From positions 1 to 32,659 of IMG/VR virus record IMGVR_UViG_3300042894_002164: a DNA stretch of 32,659 nucleotides; one strand, 5' to 3'. The notes below the pieces were generated by a model that did not search any database, was not told the DNA's origin, and worked only from the letters and a program-made list of their open reading frames with translations. The translations under genes were made by a program, and so were the position numbers. Shown in pieces: positions 8,804 to 17,749 of the stretch. Every line of letters starts with the position of its first letter. Position 1 is the first letter of the stretch. Source of the stretch: a virus. Lineage: Duplodnaviria > Caudoviricetes.

Positions 8804-10165
8804 ATGAGATTTTATGATTTAGTAACAGAAGCTAAAGGTATATTTGGGCGCCTTCCTGGCGATTCCTTTGCAAACCAAGATGGTAAAACATTTAATTTTG
8901 TAACAGCTATATCATATCCCGACCCAGAACAAGCAAAGTTTGCCACTCCACAAGAACGAGATCAAGCAATTGCACAATTTGAACAAGAAGCTAACGCTAA
9001 AATTGAGTGGACTAATAATCCTGGCGGCAGCGCATTTGCAGTAGCAGAGCTTGATGACGAAGACGGTGGCCGCGTGTATTGGGGTAGATATCTACAACAA
9101 ACTAAACATAATATGTTAGGAATTTGGAATAACAATCAAATTCCGCCCGGATGGAAATTAGCAACTAAAGGTGCCAAAAAACTACAAGCAGGGTATGACC
9201 CACAAAACCTTATTAAAACAGAAAATGTTTTCAATGATGTGAGACAGCTTATTCAAACAGTAACAGCAAACAGTCCCGATCCTGTTAAAGAAGTATTCAC
9301 ACAAAATCTTACTGCACTAGCACAAGGCCAAGACGCTATTATATTTCCGGGCATGGCGCCACAAATGGAAGCTATCCGTGACTACTTTGGTGAGATCATG
9401 CAACCAGTAGCACTTGCTGGTGGCGTTGTGGGTGGCCAGGCGGATGAGGCACGTATGGCACTAGCCGACGGCGCACCGTGGAGCAAATGTAAAGTGCAAT
9501 TTCCAATGGCAATGAATGCCGCCTTATGCGACAGTTTCTTAACTGCCCCAAATGGACAACAAATTGGCATTAGTAGTAAAGGTGGTAGTGGAGCTAAAGC
9601 TAGTGCTAAAAATCTACACGATGCTTACAAAAAAGCAGAACGTGAAGGTAATACTGAGTTAATAAACACAGCTAAATTTGCCATTGATGTAGTAACTATC
9701 ATTGCAGAAAATTCAGCATTAACAGGACCATTTGAATTAGGTATAGCATTGGGTGTTCCTGGTATTACTAATGAGCTATTTGACGAAGTAACGTTATATA
9801 TTAAAACAGGAAAAACAACGTTTGATGGTATAACTAAAAATGCTCGCACAATATTAGCACCATACACAGTTAAACCTAACGTAGTAGGATTTAATACAGG
9901 TTATGCAATTATGGCCGCTGCCGCTAAAACTGTAGCTAATGCAGTAAACATGAACGAAGACTTTAGTCAAGGCGCACTTGCATTATTAAATCAATCTAGT
10001 ATTGTGCAGATATATACTAAGATGGCTAAGAAAGGTGATGATGCAGTGCTACAAGGATTTACCGCAGTATATCCGCCAAACTTCGAAGGTCATATTATGA
10101 TGGACGGCGGCAAGAATTACTATAGCTCGCGTATCGGTGGTAAACTAGCATTTTTCTTTAAATAA
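8804..10165 (+). CDS. Hypothetical protein, possibly virion-packaged, with a PD-(D/E)xK-like motif
   Basis: 453 aa; N-terminus MRFYDLVTE; DYFGE...LCDSFL..NGQQIGISSKGG. Confidence 0.6.
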   Translation: MRFYDLVTEAKGIFGRLPGDSFANQDGKTFNFVTAISYPDPEQAKFATPQERDQAIAQFEQEANAKIEWTNNPGGSAFAVAELDDEDGGRVYWGRYLQQTKHNMLGIWNNNQIPPGWKLATKGAKKLQAGYDPQNLIKTENVFNDVRQLIQTVTANSPDPVKEVFTQNLTALAQGQDAIIFPGMAPQMEAIRDYFGEIMQPVALAGGVVGGQADEARMALADGAPWSKCKVQFPMAMNAALCDSFLTAPNGQQIGISSKGGSGAKASAKNLHDAYKKAEREGNTELINTAKFAIDVVTIIAENSALTGPFELGIALGVPGITNELFDEVTLYIKTGKTTFDGITKNARTILAPYTVKPNVVGFNTGYAIMAAAAKTVANAVNMNEDFSQGALALLNQSSIVQIYTKMAKKGDDAVLQGFTAVYPPNFEGHIMMDGGKNYYSSRIGGKLAFFFK

Positions 10166-10178
10166 AAGGTATTTAATT

Positions 10179-10649
10179 ATGTCAGAACTCAAAGTAGTAG
10201 TTAATGTAAGTAAAGGTAGTCCACTAACAGGTATTGCCTGGGCGGACATATCATTGGGCGCAGAAAAAATAGTTGAGCGAGTAGAAGTAACAGCACCATT
10301 TAATAGCGACCCTAATCTAGTAGATCCAAACAAAATCGAAGTAGTAACAGATACATGGGATGGCACGACACATTTAACATTAACAGTACTTAATCACCCA
10401 GAATCAATTGGCCCAATCCAAACATACAGTATTGAATTCTATTTAGATGATCAACAGATAAATCTAAATTGGCAACAAGCTGCTAAAGTCAAACCGTTAC
10501 GTTTTGGCGGCCAACCAAATGTTACTATCACTAATCCACATATAGATGATCCTAAATTCAATGGATGGTGCTCAGTTTCGGACATAAGCCCTGGCATGAG
10601 TATTACTTGGGGCCTGGCAGATTTAATATCAGCACATCCAACAGAATAA
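10179..10649 (+). CDS. Hypothetical beta-rich protein
   Basis: 156-aa ORF with SD AAGGT; no motif recognised. Confidence 0.7.
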   Translation: MSELKVVVNVSKGSPLTGIAWADISLGAEKIVERVEVTAPFNSDPNLVDPNKIEVVTDTWDGTTHLTLTVLNHPESIGPIQTYSIEFYLDDQQINLNWQQAAKVKPLRFGGQPNVTITNPHIDDPKFNGWCSVSDISPGMSITWGLADLISAHPTE

Positions 10650-10650
10650 G

Positions 10651-11466
10651 ATGATAACACGCATTTTACTTATTGGTCCTAGTAGGATCAATGAAGCCGC
10701 TGTTACTCTGACGTTCGACAACTATATAAATCCTAAACCTGATGTGACTTATATCATTAGCCCGTATCCTCAACATAAAATAGACAGTATGTTTGCAGAA
10801 TACGGGATAAACACTTCTGCATATACATTACTCGATGACCTTTACTTTGACGATTACTACGATCTATCTGCATGGAAACACGACCATTGGTTTTACCAAC
10901 AGGCATTAAAACTCTGCGCCATTGATCACTTTGACAGCGACTACTATCTAATACAAGACTGTGATCAAGTACTATTAAAACCATTTACATGGTTAGAAAA
11001 TAATAATTTAGTGTTGCGAGCCGAACATCTATGGAACCCATATCAAAAGATATACGTAGAAATGATTACAAAAATAACAGGTATCTTGCAAACAGTTGAG
11101 TATAGTCTAGTAAATGAAATAATGCCATTTACTCGAGAATATTGGGCAGACCTAAAACGTCAAATTGAAGAACGCAATCAATGCACATGGTTGCAGGCCA
11201 TAGAGCGGATCAGACCATTTGATGAACACAAATGGTTAAGTGAGTACGAGTTATTAGGTATGTATATAACGGCAAATACTAGTAATTGGTCAGTTAGTCC
11301 AACCCATCTACAACCTCATATAGATACGTGGGAAGAATTTTATGCGTATGATTGGTCTCAGAATCAATCAATGAAGTTCCTAACACAGCCACTAAAATAT
11401 ATGAATGTTGAGAGTGCCAAAACTGTAATTAAACAGATAAAAGACTTGACCAAATCTAACAATTAG
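10651..11466 (+). CDS. DUF6492-like / GT-A-fold putative glycosyltransferase
   Basis: WFYQQALKL...YLIQDCDQVLLKP (DxD) and LSEYELLG. Confidence 0.65.
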   Translation: MITRILLIGPSRINEAAVTLTFDNYINPKPDVTYIISPYPQHKIDSMFAEYGINTSAYTLLDDLYFDDYYDLSAWKHDHWFYQQALKLCAIDHFDSDYYLIQDCDQVLLKPFTWLENNNLVLRAEHLWNPYQKIYVEMITKITGILQTVEYSLVNEIMPFTREYWADLKRQIEERNQCTWLQAIERIRPFDEHKWLSEYELLGMYITANTSNWSVSPTHLQPHIDTWEEFYAYDWSQNQSMKFLTQPLKYMNVESAKTVIKQIKDLTKSNN

Positions 11467-11474
11467 TGTATACT
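11446..11474 (+). promoter_or_regulatory. Sigma70-type (early) promoter for rpoZ
   Basis: TTGACC(11446)-17 bp-TATACT(11469). Confidence 0.75.
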
Positions 11475-11505
11475 AAAACAACTACCCACCTATATAGGAT
11501 CTAAT

Positions 11506-11751
11506 ATGAAAGCACGAGTAAAAAGTTCCATAGAAGTTTATAACATTGATGATGCTTTAGCAGTATTTGATAACAATCAATTCAAATTAATTTTAGCAGC
11601 CGCAACACGGTCTAGAGAAATTGCTACTCAACGTACATTCCAAGAACGTAACGGAGTTAAAATGACGTATGAAAATAAATCCAATGTAACAGCATTGTAT
11701 GAAATCGCCACCGGTGCAATTGGTAAAGAATATTTAGATAAAGTTCGATAG
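11506..11751 (+). CDS. rpoZ: RNA polymerase omega subunit homolog
   Basis: DDALAVFDNNQFKLILAAATRSREIA...KSNVTALYEIATGAIG aligns by eye with omega [24 protein letters not shown]...KTTVIALREIEEGLI; SD AGGA. Confidence 0.8.
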   Translation: MKARVKSSIEVYNIDDALAVFDNNQFKLILAAATRSREIATQRTFQERNGVKMTYENKSNVTALYEIATGAIGKEYLDKVR

Positions 11752-11760
11752 GAGAACAGC

Positions 11761-11955
11761 ATGGCAAAAACAAACTCAACATTTAAATTTGGCAAGATGA
11801 ACAAAATTCAATTAGGTAACATCATTGATCCAGACGCACGCCGCATCTATAAGAAAGCAATGGTCGATGCACAGGCTACCTATGTAGCAAGTAAAAATCG
11901 TAAGTTTAGTGATCCTGCAATGGCACAAAAAAATCGAGAAGTTCCTAAGGATTAG
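11761..11955 (+). CDS. Small basic hypothetical protein
   Basis: 64 aa, Lys/Arg-rich, SD AGGAG; probably co-transcribed with rpoZ. Confidence 0.75.
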   Translation: MAKTNSTFKFGKMNKIQLGNIIDPDARRIYKKAMVDAQATYVASKNRKFSDPAMAQKNREVPKD

Positions 11956-11957
11956 TA

Positions 11958-12872
11958 ATGGTTTATACGTTTGGCTGTAGTATGACTAAGTGGTATTGGC
12001 CTACCTGGACTGATTGGTTACGGGTGTACGACCAACCCGTAACCAATCTTGCTAACAAAGGCTATGGGAACCAAAATATTTACTGGACATTAGTTAATAT
12101 CAGTGATAAATTAACAGCTAATGACACAGTCAATATTATGTGGGCCGAAAATCACAGACTTGATCTATGGTACGATCGCGCCTGGATAGATGAAAAAGAT
12201 GTGTTAGAATTTTTTCCAAATACCAACGGGCAACTATGGTTTACAGGCGATACTCCGTATGCAGGCTTATATCGAACACATCCGGATCTCTATACTAGTT
12301 TTACTAATATGGTAATTGAAACCCTACAAATTATATTACAAACACAGTTGCTATTAAATCAAATTGGGTGTAAGTATGTTATGCACTCTAGTAAAAATTT
12401 GTGGTGTGATGGTCGACCGGTATTCTTGCCAAAATATCAAACAACGTACCAACATAAACACGGCATATCAGAAGAAGAATTAGATCTAGCATCTAAGATC
12501 ATGTCATTAGAACCTATACGTAAATTAATCAATTTAATTGATTGGTCTAAATTTCTATGCGGAGTTACTGATCCGTTCGACGCAAAACAAATCAATGGTA
12601 TCTGGGAATATTTTATTAATAATAAAGAATATGTTATATTAAAACACGAAACAGATCATCACCCGAATAGTTTAGCGCACCACGACTATGCTTTAGAAGT
12701 TGTGCTCGGAAGAGACCCTAAAATAGGAATACACAGGAAGCTAGCTAAACAAATTGCAGAAGAAACTACAACATATCCTGTTCCAGCATTCACCGACGAA
12801 GAATTTGTCATTTCTGCAGAGGTTGAGTTGTTAGATGACAAATATAAAGAAATTTTAAAGAGTCTTAAATGA
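11958..12872 (+). CDS. SGNH/GDSL-like hydrolase or acyltransferase-fold protein
   Basis: TFGCSMT (block I Ser), NLA..GYGN (block II) and DHHP...AH (block V). Confidence 0.6.
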   Translation: MVYTFGCSMTKWYWPTWTDWLRVYDQPVTNLANKGYGNQNIYWTLVNISDKLTANDTVNIMWAENHRLDLWYDRAWIDEKDVLEFFPNTNGQLWFTGDTPYAGLYRTHPDLYTSFTNMVIETLQIILQTQLLLNQIGCKYVMHSSKNLWCDGRPVFLPKYQTTYQHKHGISEEELDLASKIMSLEPIRKLINLIDWSKFLCGVTDPFDAKQINGIWEYFINNKEYVILKHETDHHPNSLAHHDYALEVVLGRDPKIGIHRKLAKQIAEETTTYPVPAFTDEEFVISAEVELLDDKYKEILKSLK

Positions 12873-13558
12873 TCACTGAAGAGATTAAACAGTTTTACAG
12901 TAATTTACATTTTCCCGGACGATATAGTTGGGAAGATTTAAAATTTTACGAAGAGCACGGTATACACAATATATATCTGCGTGAAATTAACTCAGTTATG
13001 AGTAATGGAATTGATGTTCTCGATGTTGGTTGCGGAACTGGGTTAGTGTCTAATCTATTTGCTGACAAATATAAAAATAGTAATTTTACCGCAGTAGATT
13101 TTAGCGATAGTATCGATTATGCTAGTAAATTTGCAAGTTCTAACGGCATTAACAATGTTAAATGGATAAAGAAAGATTTTTTAGAATTTAAAACAAATAA
13201 AAAATACGACATTATTATTTGCTGTGGGGTACTACATCATATTCCAGAATACAAAAAAGCCTTAACAAAAATTAAATCTTTACTTAAGCCAGGCGGAAAA
13301 CTATTGTTAGCAGTATATAATCCGTATGGTAAAATACTTAAACGCTTTTTTAATATTAACTACAATTGTGATATATTATATCAAGATCAAGAAAAAAATC
13401 CATTTGAATTAAGTTTTAGCAATAAGCAAGTACACAATATGTGTAGCGACTTAAAATTTCAGTCGGCAAATCCTAGCATTTCTAATAGATTTGTAGACTT
13501 TTTATCTTGTTTTAATAGCGAAAACGGTGGGTTAGTACTGTATATTTTCAACAACTGA
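12869..13558 (+). CDS. Class I SAM-dependent methyltransferase
   Basis: VLDVGCGTG, AVDFS, YDIIICCGVLHH, LKPGGKL. Confidence 0.9.
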   Translation: MITEEIKQFYSNLHFPGRYSWEDLKFYEEHGIHNIYLREINSVMSNGIDVLDVGCGTGLVSNLFADKYKNSNFTAVDFSDSIDYASKFASSNGINNVKWIKKDFLEFKTNKKYDIIICCGVLHHIPEYKKALTKIKSLLKPGGKLLLAVYNPYGKILKRFFNINYNCDILYQDQEKNPFELSFSNKQVHNMCSDLKFQSANPSISNRFVDFLSCFNSENGGLVLYIFNN

Positions 13559-13566
13559 AAGCAGAG

Positions 13567-13574
13567 TATAAATA
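13567..13574 (+). promoter_or_regulatory. T4 late promoter consensus TATAAATA
   Basis: Exact match at the start of a 154-nt intergenic region. Confidence 0.7.
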
Positions 13575-13577
13575 CAT

Positions 13578-13704
13578 TTGCAACGCCAACCTTCAGTGTT
13601 GACGTCGAGTAGATGACCTTCGAAACGGGCCTTCTATGTCGTATGTGAAATTCTTCACTAGCAATATTAAAATAAACCTGTTATACTATTAAAATATTGA
13701 GGAG
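13578..13704 (+). ncRNA. Candidate structured 5' leader / cis-regulatory RNA
   Basis: GC-richer than its flanks, with several stems: ACGcCAAC/GTTGaCGT, CGA-GTAGA/TCTAT-g-TCG, GTGAA/TTCAC, TTGC/GCAA and CAATATT/AATATTG next to the SD. Confidence 0.4.
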
Positions 13705-13712
13705 AATTTTCT

Positions 13713-14828
13713 ATGAAATTATCAAAAATTCCTGGTCTTGGCCGTTTTGGCACTTACATTGATGATGTAGATTTCAATCATTTAACCAATGATGAATGGT
13801 TAGAAATTGGCAAGATTCATATGCAAGGCCTTGTTACTGTAGTTCGTAATACTAATCTTACCAAAGATCACTTTGTAGATCGAGTACTTAAATTTGGTGA
13901 AACACGTTACGGTCTTAAAAATTATCTAGTTAAAAAATATGATAGACCGTGGCCTATCATTGTCGACGACGCACAAGAAAATGCAGACTATCTAGATGCA
14001 GAAGATGCAGTGGCAATTCGCTCCTTGTTTAAAACACAAGAACGTACAGCAAGTGGATATGATGTTAGTCGGGTAACTGGCGGCTATGATGCAGACGGCA
14101 ACCCTAGGGGATTGTTTGCTGAGGGTGAACTATTATGGCACAGTAACGAAAGTGGTACATTAACTTGGACACCCGGCGTGGCACTATTAGCACATCAAAA
14201 TGTTGTTGGTAGTGCTACTGGTTTTGTAACTACACCTGATTACTATGAAAGTGTCAATGACAGTTTCCGTAGAGAGCTAGATGACATGATCATCCTGCAT
14301 CGCTTTACCCCGGGTAAAATTAATCCTGGGTTGAATAAAGAACAAGATGCAATTATGCACGCTAACATGTGTCCAGAAGAAGACCGAGAAATTCCGATGG
14401 TTATTCGTAGTCCGGGCGGAATTACAGGATTACACTACAGCATTAACACTGCTTATAGTATTAAAGGATTAACTAAAAAAGAAAGCGATAAAGTTTTTAA
14501 GCGTATTAACAAAGAACTGTTTGTTGAAAAATATATGTATGACCACTGGTATAAGAACAATAATGATTTAATGTTGTTTGATAATTCAATTACCCTACAT
14601 CGCAGATTGGGCAATATTGAAGGTCGACTATGTTATCGCATCGCTCATGATTATACTAATCTTCAAAGTGGTGCATACCAGCCATACCTACAGCAACCAT
14701 ATGCCAACGAGTACGCTAACGAAATACGTCATATCGTTAAGATTGCTGGCATTAAAAACTTTAAACTCCCCCCTCGTGATTTATTAGGGTATTTTAAAGC
14801 ATTTGCTAAAAAGTATGTTCACGCTTAA
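13713..14828 (+). CDS. TauD/TfdA-family Fe(II)/2-oxoglutarate dioxygenase-like protein
   Basis: GLF..GELLWHSNE, GSATGFVTT..Y and YDHWY...DLMLFDNSITLHRR.....RL.YRI; SD GAGGAG. Confidence 0.85.
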   Translation: MKLSKIPGLGRFGTYIDDVDFNHLTNDEWLEIGKIHMQGLVTVVRNTNLTKDHFVDRVLKFGETRYGLKNYLVKKYDRPWPIIVDDAQENADYLDAEDAVAIRSLFKTQERTASGYDVSRVTGGYDADGNPRGLFAEGELLWHSNESGTLTWTPGVALLAHQNVVGSATGFVTTPDYYESVNDSFRRELDDMIILHRFTPGKINPGLNKEQDAIMHANMCPEEDREIPMVIRSPGGITGLHYSINTAYSIKGLTKKESDKVFKRINKELFVEKYMYDHWYKNNNDLMLFDNSITLHRRLGNIEGRLCYRIAHDYTNLQSGAYQPYLQQPYANEYANEIRHIVKIAGIKNFKLPPRDLLGYFKAFAKKYVHA

Positions 14829-15657
14829 TCCTAACAATGTTATACTGTTTGTTTTAACATCTATAGCGTGGGTAGTTGGCTTTAAAGAACTAACAGTAAC
14901 AGCGACACATATCAATACTGATTGGTATTGGTATGTCCTCGCCACATTATACACTGTTACTATTAATGAATTATTTGGCCATCTCATTTGTTCACACTAC
15001 TTGTTTAAAATTAATACAAATAGTCTAACATATAAGATATTAACATTTTTAATTACAGTTGATCATGCCAACGGTCCGTTGACTAACATCTGTATTAATC
15101 ATGGGAATCATCATAGTCATACAGATAAGCCCGGTAAAGATAATCTATATTTCTCCCTACATTGGTTTACTGTGTGCAGTTTGAGCCCTATTATGTTTTT
15201 GTATCAAAAACCTACAGACTATTCTAATAGAGATGTGTATGTAGGCCGCCAATCACTTATACACAAAGATATTTTAAATGATAATTGGACATTTTTTTGC
15301 GAAGAATTTAAAGTACCATTGACATTATTGTATTGGCTAGTGTTATGGTTAGTATTTCCACTATTTCTAGTTAAGGTTGTGTTTATGGGTCGCGTTATTA
15401 TTAGTGTAATAACTTTTCTTACCACGAGCTTGGGGCATAATAAAATATTAGGATATCGAAATGAAGAAGTACCTAATAACAGCACTAATAGATTGCTAAC
15501 ACATTATTTGTTAGGATGCGGTCTTTTTAGTTCATTGTTGCACAACAATCATCACACACATCGTTGGATACAGCAACAAAGCCATGGTTATCGTTGGTTT
15601 GAAGTAGACCTTGGTAGTTATGTAATTAAATTGCTAAAATTGGTGATGGCCAAATGA
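14815..15657 (+). CDS. Membrane fatty-acid desaturase-like protein (delta-9/OLE1 type)
   Basis: His boxes GHLICSH, HGNHHSHTD and LHNNHH; WFEVDLG; several transmembrane segments. Confidence 0.85.
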   Translation: MFTLNPNNVILFVLTSIAWVVGFKELTVTATHINTDWYWYVLATLYTVTINELFGHLICSHYLFKINTNSLTYKILTFLITVDHANGPLTNICINHGNHHSHTDKPGKDNLYFSLHWFTVCSLSPIMFLYQKPTDYSNRDVYVGRQSLIHKDILNDNWTFFCEEFKVPLTLLYWLVLWLVFPLFLVKVVFMGRVIISVITFLTTSLGHNKILGYRNEEVPNNSTNRLLTHYLLGCGLFSSLLHNNHHTHRWIQQQSHGYRWFEVDLGSYVIKLLKLVMAK

Positions 15658-17549
15658 AAACCATTGTCATAGCAAATTTTCCTAGATTTAGTAGTGAGAT
15701 ATGGCTACCGGCGTTATGGGCTAGCGCAAAAACTTACTACGAAAAAAATGGAATTTATAAGGATGAGTGGCGCTGGTATCCTTGCTATCTTGACTGTTAC
15801 GATGCTACGGGTATAGACAAGATCAAACAAGAATTACTACGTGCCAAACCGGACGTATTTGCTATTAGTTTATATGTATGGAATTTTGGACTATCACACG
15901 AAGTGGCATCCTGGGTTAAAGAAACCTTTCCTAATTGTCTAGTTGTTAGTGGAGGCCCGCATCAATACCTTAAACATGATACCGAATGGTTTAAGAAACA
16001 TCCGTACTTAGATGCAAGTCATCTAGGCGATTGTTACGGTGAATTATTTTTTAAAGAAATGTTAGATAATTATAACAATGGAATAGTAGACTGGAGTTTG
16101 CTAACTGATACTAGATATCCAAGCAAGGCTAGGGCAATGATGAGCAGTACCCGATCAATGGCGCGAAGTCAGCGCAAAGAGTTTGCCTATGATTACAGTG
16201 CGTTTCGTGCGCAATATACCGAACTTAAAGAATTTGAAACATTTAAAAAAATTAAATTTAACGATAGTATGTTATTGAGCATCATCGAAACTACCAGGGG
16301 GTGTCCATATGGATGCACTTATTGTGACTGGGGTGGCGGCATTGGCACTACAGTAATTCAAAAAAGTTTGCCCGCAGTAAAAGAAGATATAGATGCGTTA
16401 GTTATGTTTGATCTTACATATTTGTACCTAGCAGATGCTAATTTTGGTATATTTGGTGCCCGTGACATTAGCATTATCAATTACATTGTTGATCGTAAAA
16501 AAGAACTGCGTGCTACATTTAAAATGGGATATGGCGGGTTCGCTAAAACCGAAAACAAATTAGATGTTATTAAATTAATTTTAGAAACCGATATTAAAAA
16601 CGGACTTAGTCACAATAAAGAAATTAAATTAAGTTTACAGACATTAGATGACGAAATACTAAAAAATATAGACCGTAAGAATATTCCGTTTGAAAAACAG
16701 TTAGCAGTATTTGAGCTTATTGCTAAAAACACTAAACTGCCTTTATACGTAGAGATTATTATGGGGTTACCCGGAATGACCTTAGACAAGTTTCATTACG
16801 AGTTAACAGTATTTGGTAGTCACGGGTTGTCACTTCAGTGGTTTGAGTGGATACTATTACCCGAAGCACCAAGTTATGGGTACGAGTATAGACGTAAGTG
16901 GAGTATAACAACAACAAATAAAACAAACGGGTGGAGTCACCCCGAGTCACATGCTCAACACGAAATCGTAGTTGGCACGAGTACATATTCAACTAGTGAT
17001 TATTTGGAAATGCTATTAAGTGCTAGTTTATATAATTTATTTGTTCAAGGCGGCTATTTAAAAGATACCATTGATTGGATACGATCTAATTATAATATAG
17101 GACACGGTGATATCATACGATCAATCTATCGTAGTTTCTTTATGAAAGATCTGCATTGTAAGAAAGAACGTGAAAAAGTACTTGGCCGCTGGGAAGAAAT
17201 TTTAGCAGATCCAAAACAAGACTGCACATTTGATATCATGGATAATAAAGTCTACGGCGGATACTATTTTGTTTCGCTGGTATTTCTTAAGTGTCAAACA
17301 TTTCGCAAACGATTAGAAGAATATATTGTGCAGACATACAAAGTACCGTTGGGCGTGTACCACGGTGAAAAAAATCTTTATATTACCCGTGCTAATATTG
17401 GCAAGCATTACAGACAAGGGTTGTCAACTATACGATTTAACAAGACTAAACATAATGAGTTAGCATCGTTAATATCTATGTATAAATTGTTTCTAGACAC
17501 AGGTAATATCATGCGTGGTAATAAAAAATTATTAGGAATATTTCAATGA
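15654..17549 (+). CDS. Cobalamin-dependent (B12-binding) radical SAM protein
   Basis: N-terminal PDVFAISLYVWN...VVSGGPH domain; ETTRGCPYGCTYCDWG; LADANFG; EIIMGLPG. Confidence 0.88.
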   Translation: MKTIVIANFPRFSSEIWLPALWASAKTYYEKNGIYKDEWRWYPCYLDCYDATGIDKIKQELLRAKPDVFAISLYVWNFGLSHEVASWVKETFPNCLVVSGGPHQYLKHDTEWFKKHPYLDASHLGDCYGELFFKEMLDNYNNGIVDWSLLTDTRYPSKARAMMSSTRSMARSQRKEFAYDYSAFRAQYTELKEFETFKKIKFNDSMLLSIIETTRGCPYGCTYCDWGGGIGTTVIQKSLPAVKEDIDALVMFDLTYLYLADANFGIFGARDISIINYIVDRKKELRATFKMGYGGFAKTENKLDVIKLILETDIKNGLSHNKEIKLSLQTLDDEILKNIDRKNIPFEKQLAVFELIAKNTKLPLYVEIIMGLPGMTLDKFHYELTVFGSHGLSLQWFEWILLPEAPSYGYEYRRKWSITTTNKTNGWSHPESHAQHEIVVGTSTYSTSDYLEMLLSASLYNLFVQGGYLKDTIDWIRSNYNIGHGDIIRSIYRSFFMKDLHCKKEREKVLGRWEEILADPKQDCTFDIMDNKVYGGYYFVSLVFLKCQTFRKRLEEYIVQTYKVPLGVYHGEKNLYITRANIGKHYRQGLSTIRFNKTKHNELASLISMYKLFLDTGNIMRGNKKLLGIFQ

Positions 17550-17749
17550 AAGAAACACATAAAAGAACTATAGTAAGAATGATTAGTTATAGAATAACTG
17601 CATGGTTATTTACAATCTTTTGGACCTGGTTGTGGACAGGAGACCTGGCTAAGTCAACTGGGTTTGCCACAGCATTACATCTGTTATTGAGTATTGATTA
17701 CTACATACATGAACGTATCTGGTTAAAGATTAAATGGGGGTCTGAATGA
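17546..17749 (+). CDS. DUF2061-like small membrane protein
   Basis: ETHKRTIVRMISYRI...YYIHERIW.KIKWG pattern. Confidence 0.75.
   Translation: MKETHKRTIVRMISYRITAWLFTIFWTWLWTGDLAKSTGFATALHLLLSIDYYIHERIWLKIKWGSE

Noticed and set aside
13578-13664. tRNA interpretation of the cloverleaf-like leader
   Set aside because: No 7-bp acceptor stem, no proper T-loop or D-loop placement and no CCA. Kept only as an unknown structured RNA.
14768-14773. C6 homopolymer as a phase-variation or frameshift site
   Set aside because: The tract is short and falls in Leu-Pro-Pro codons, and both flanking ORFs are intact.
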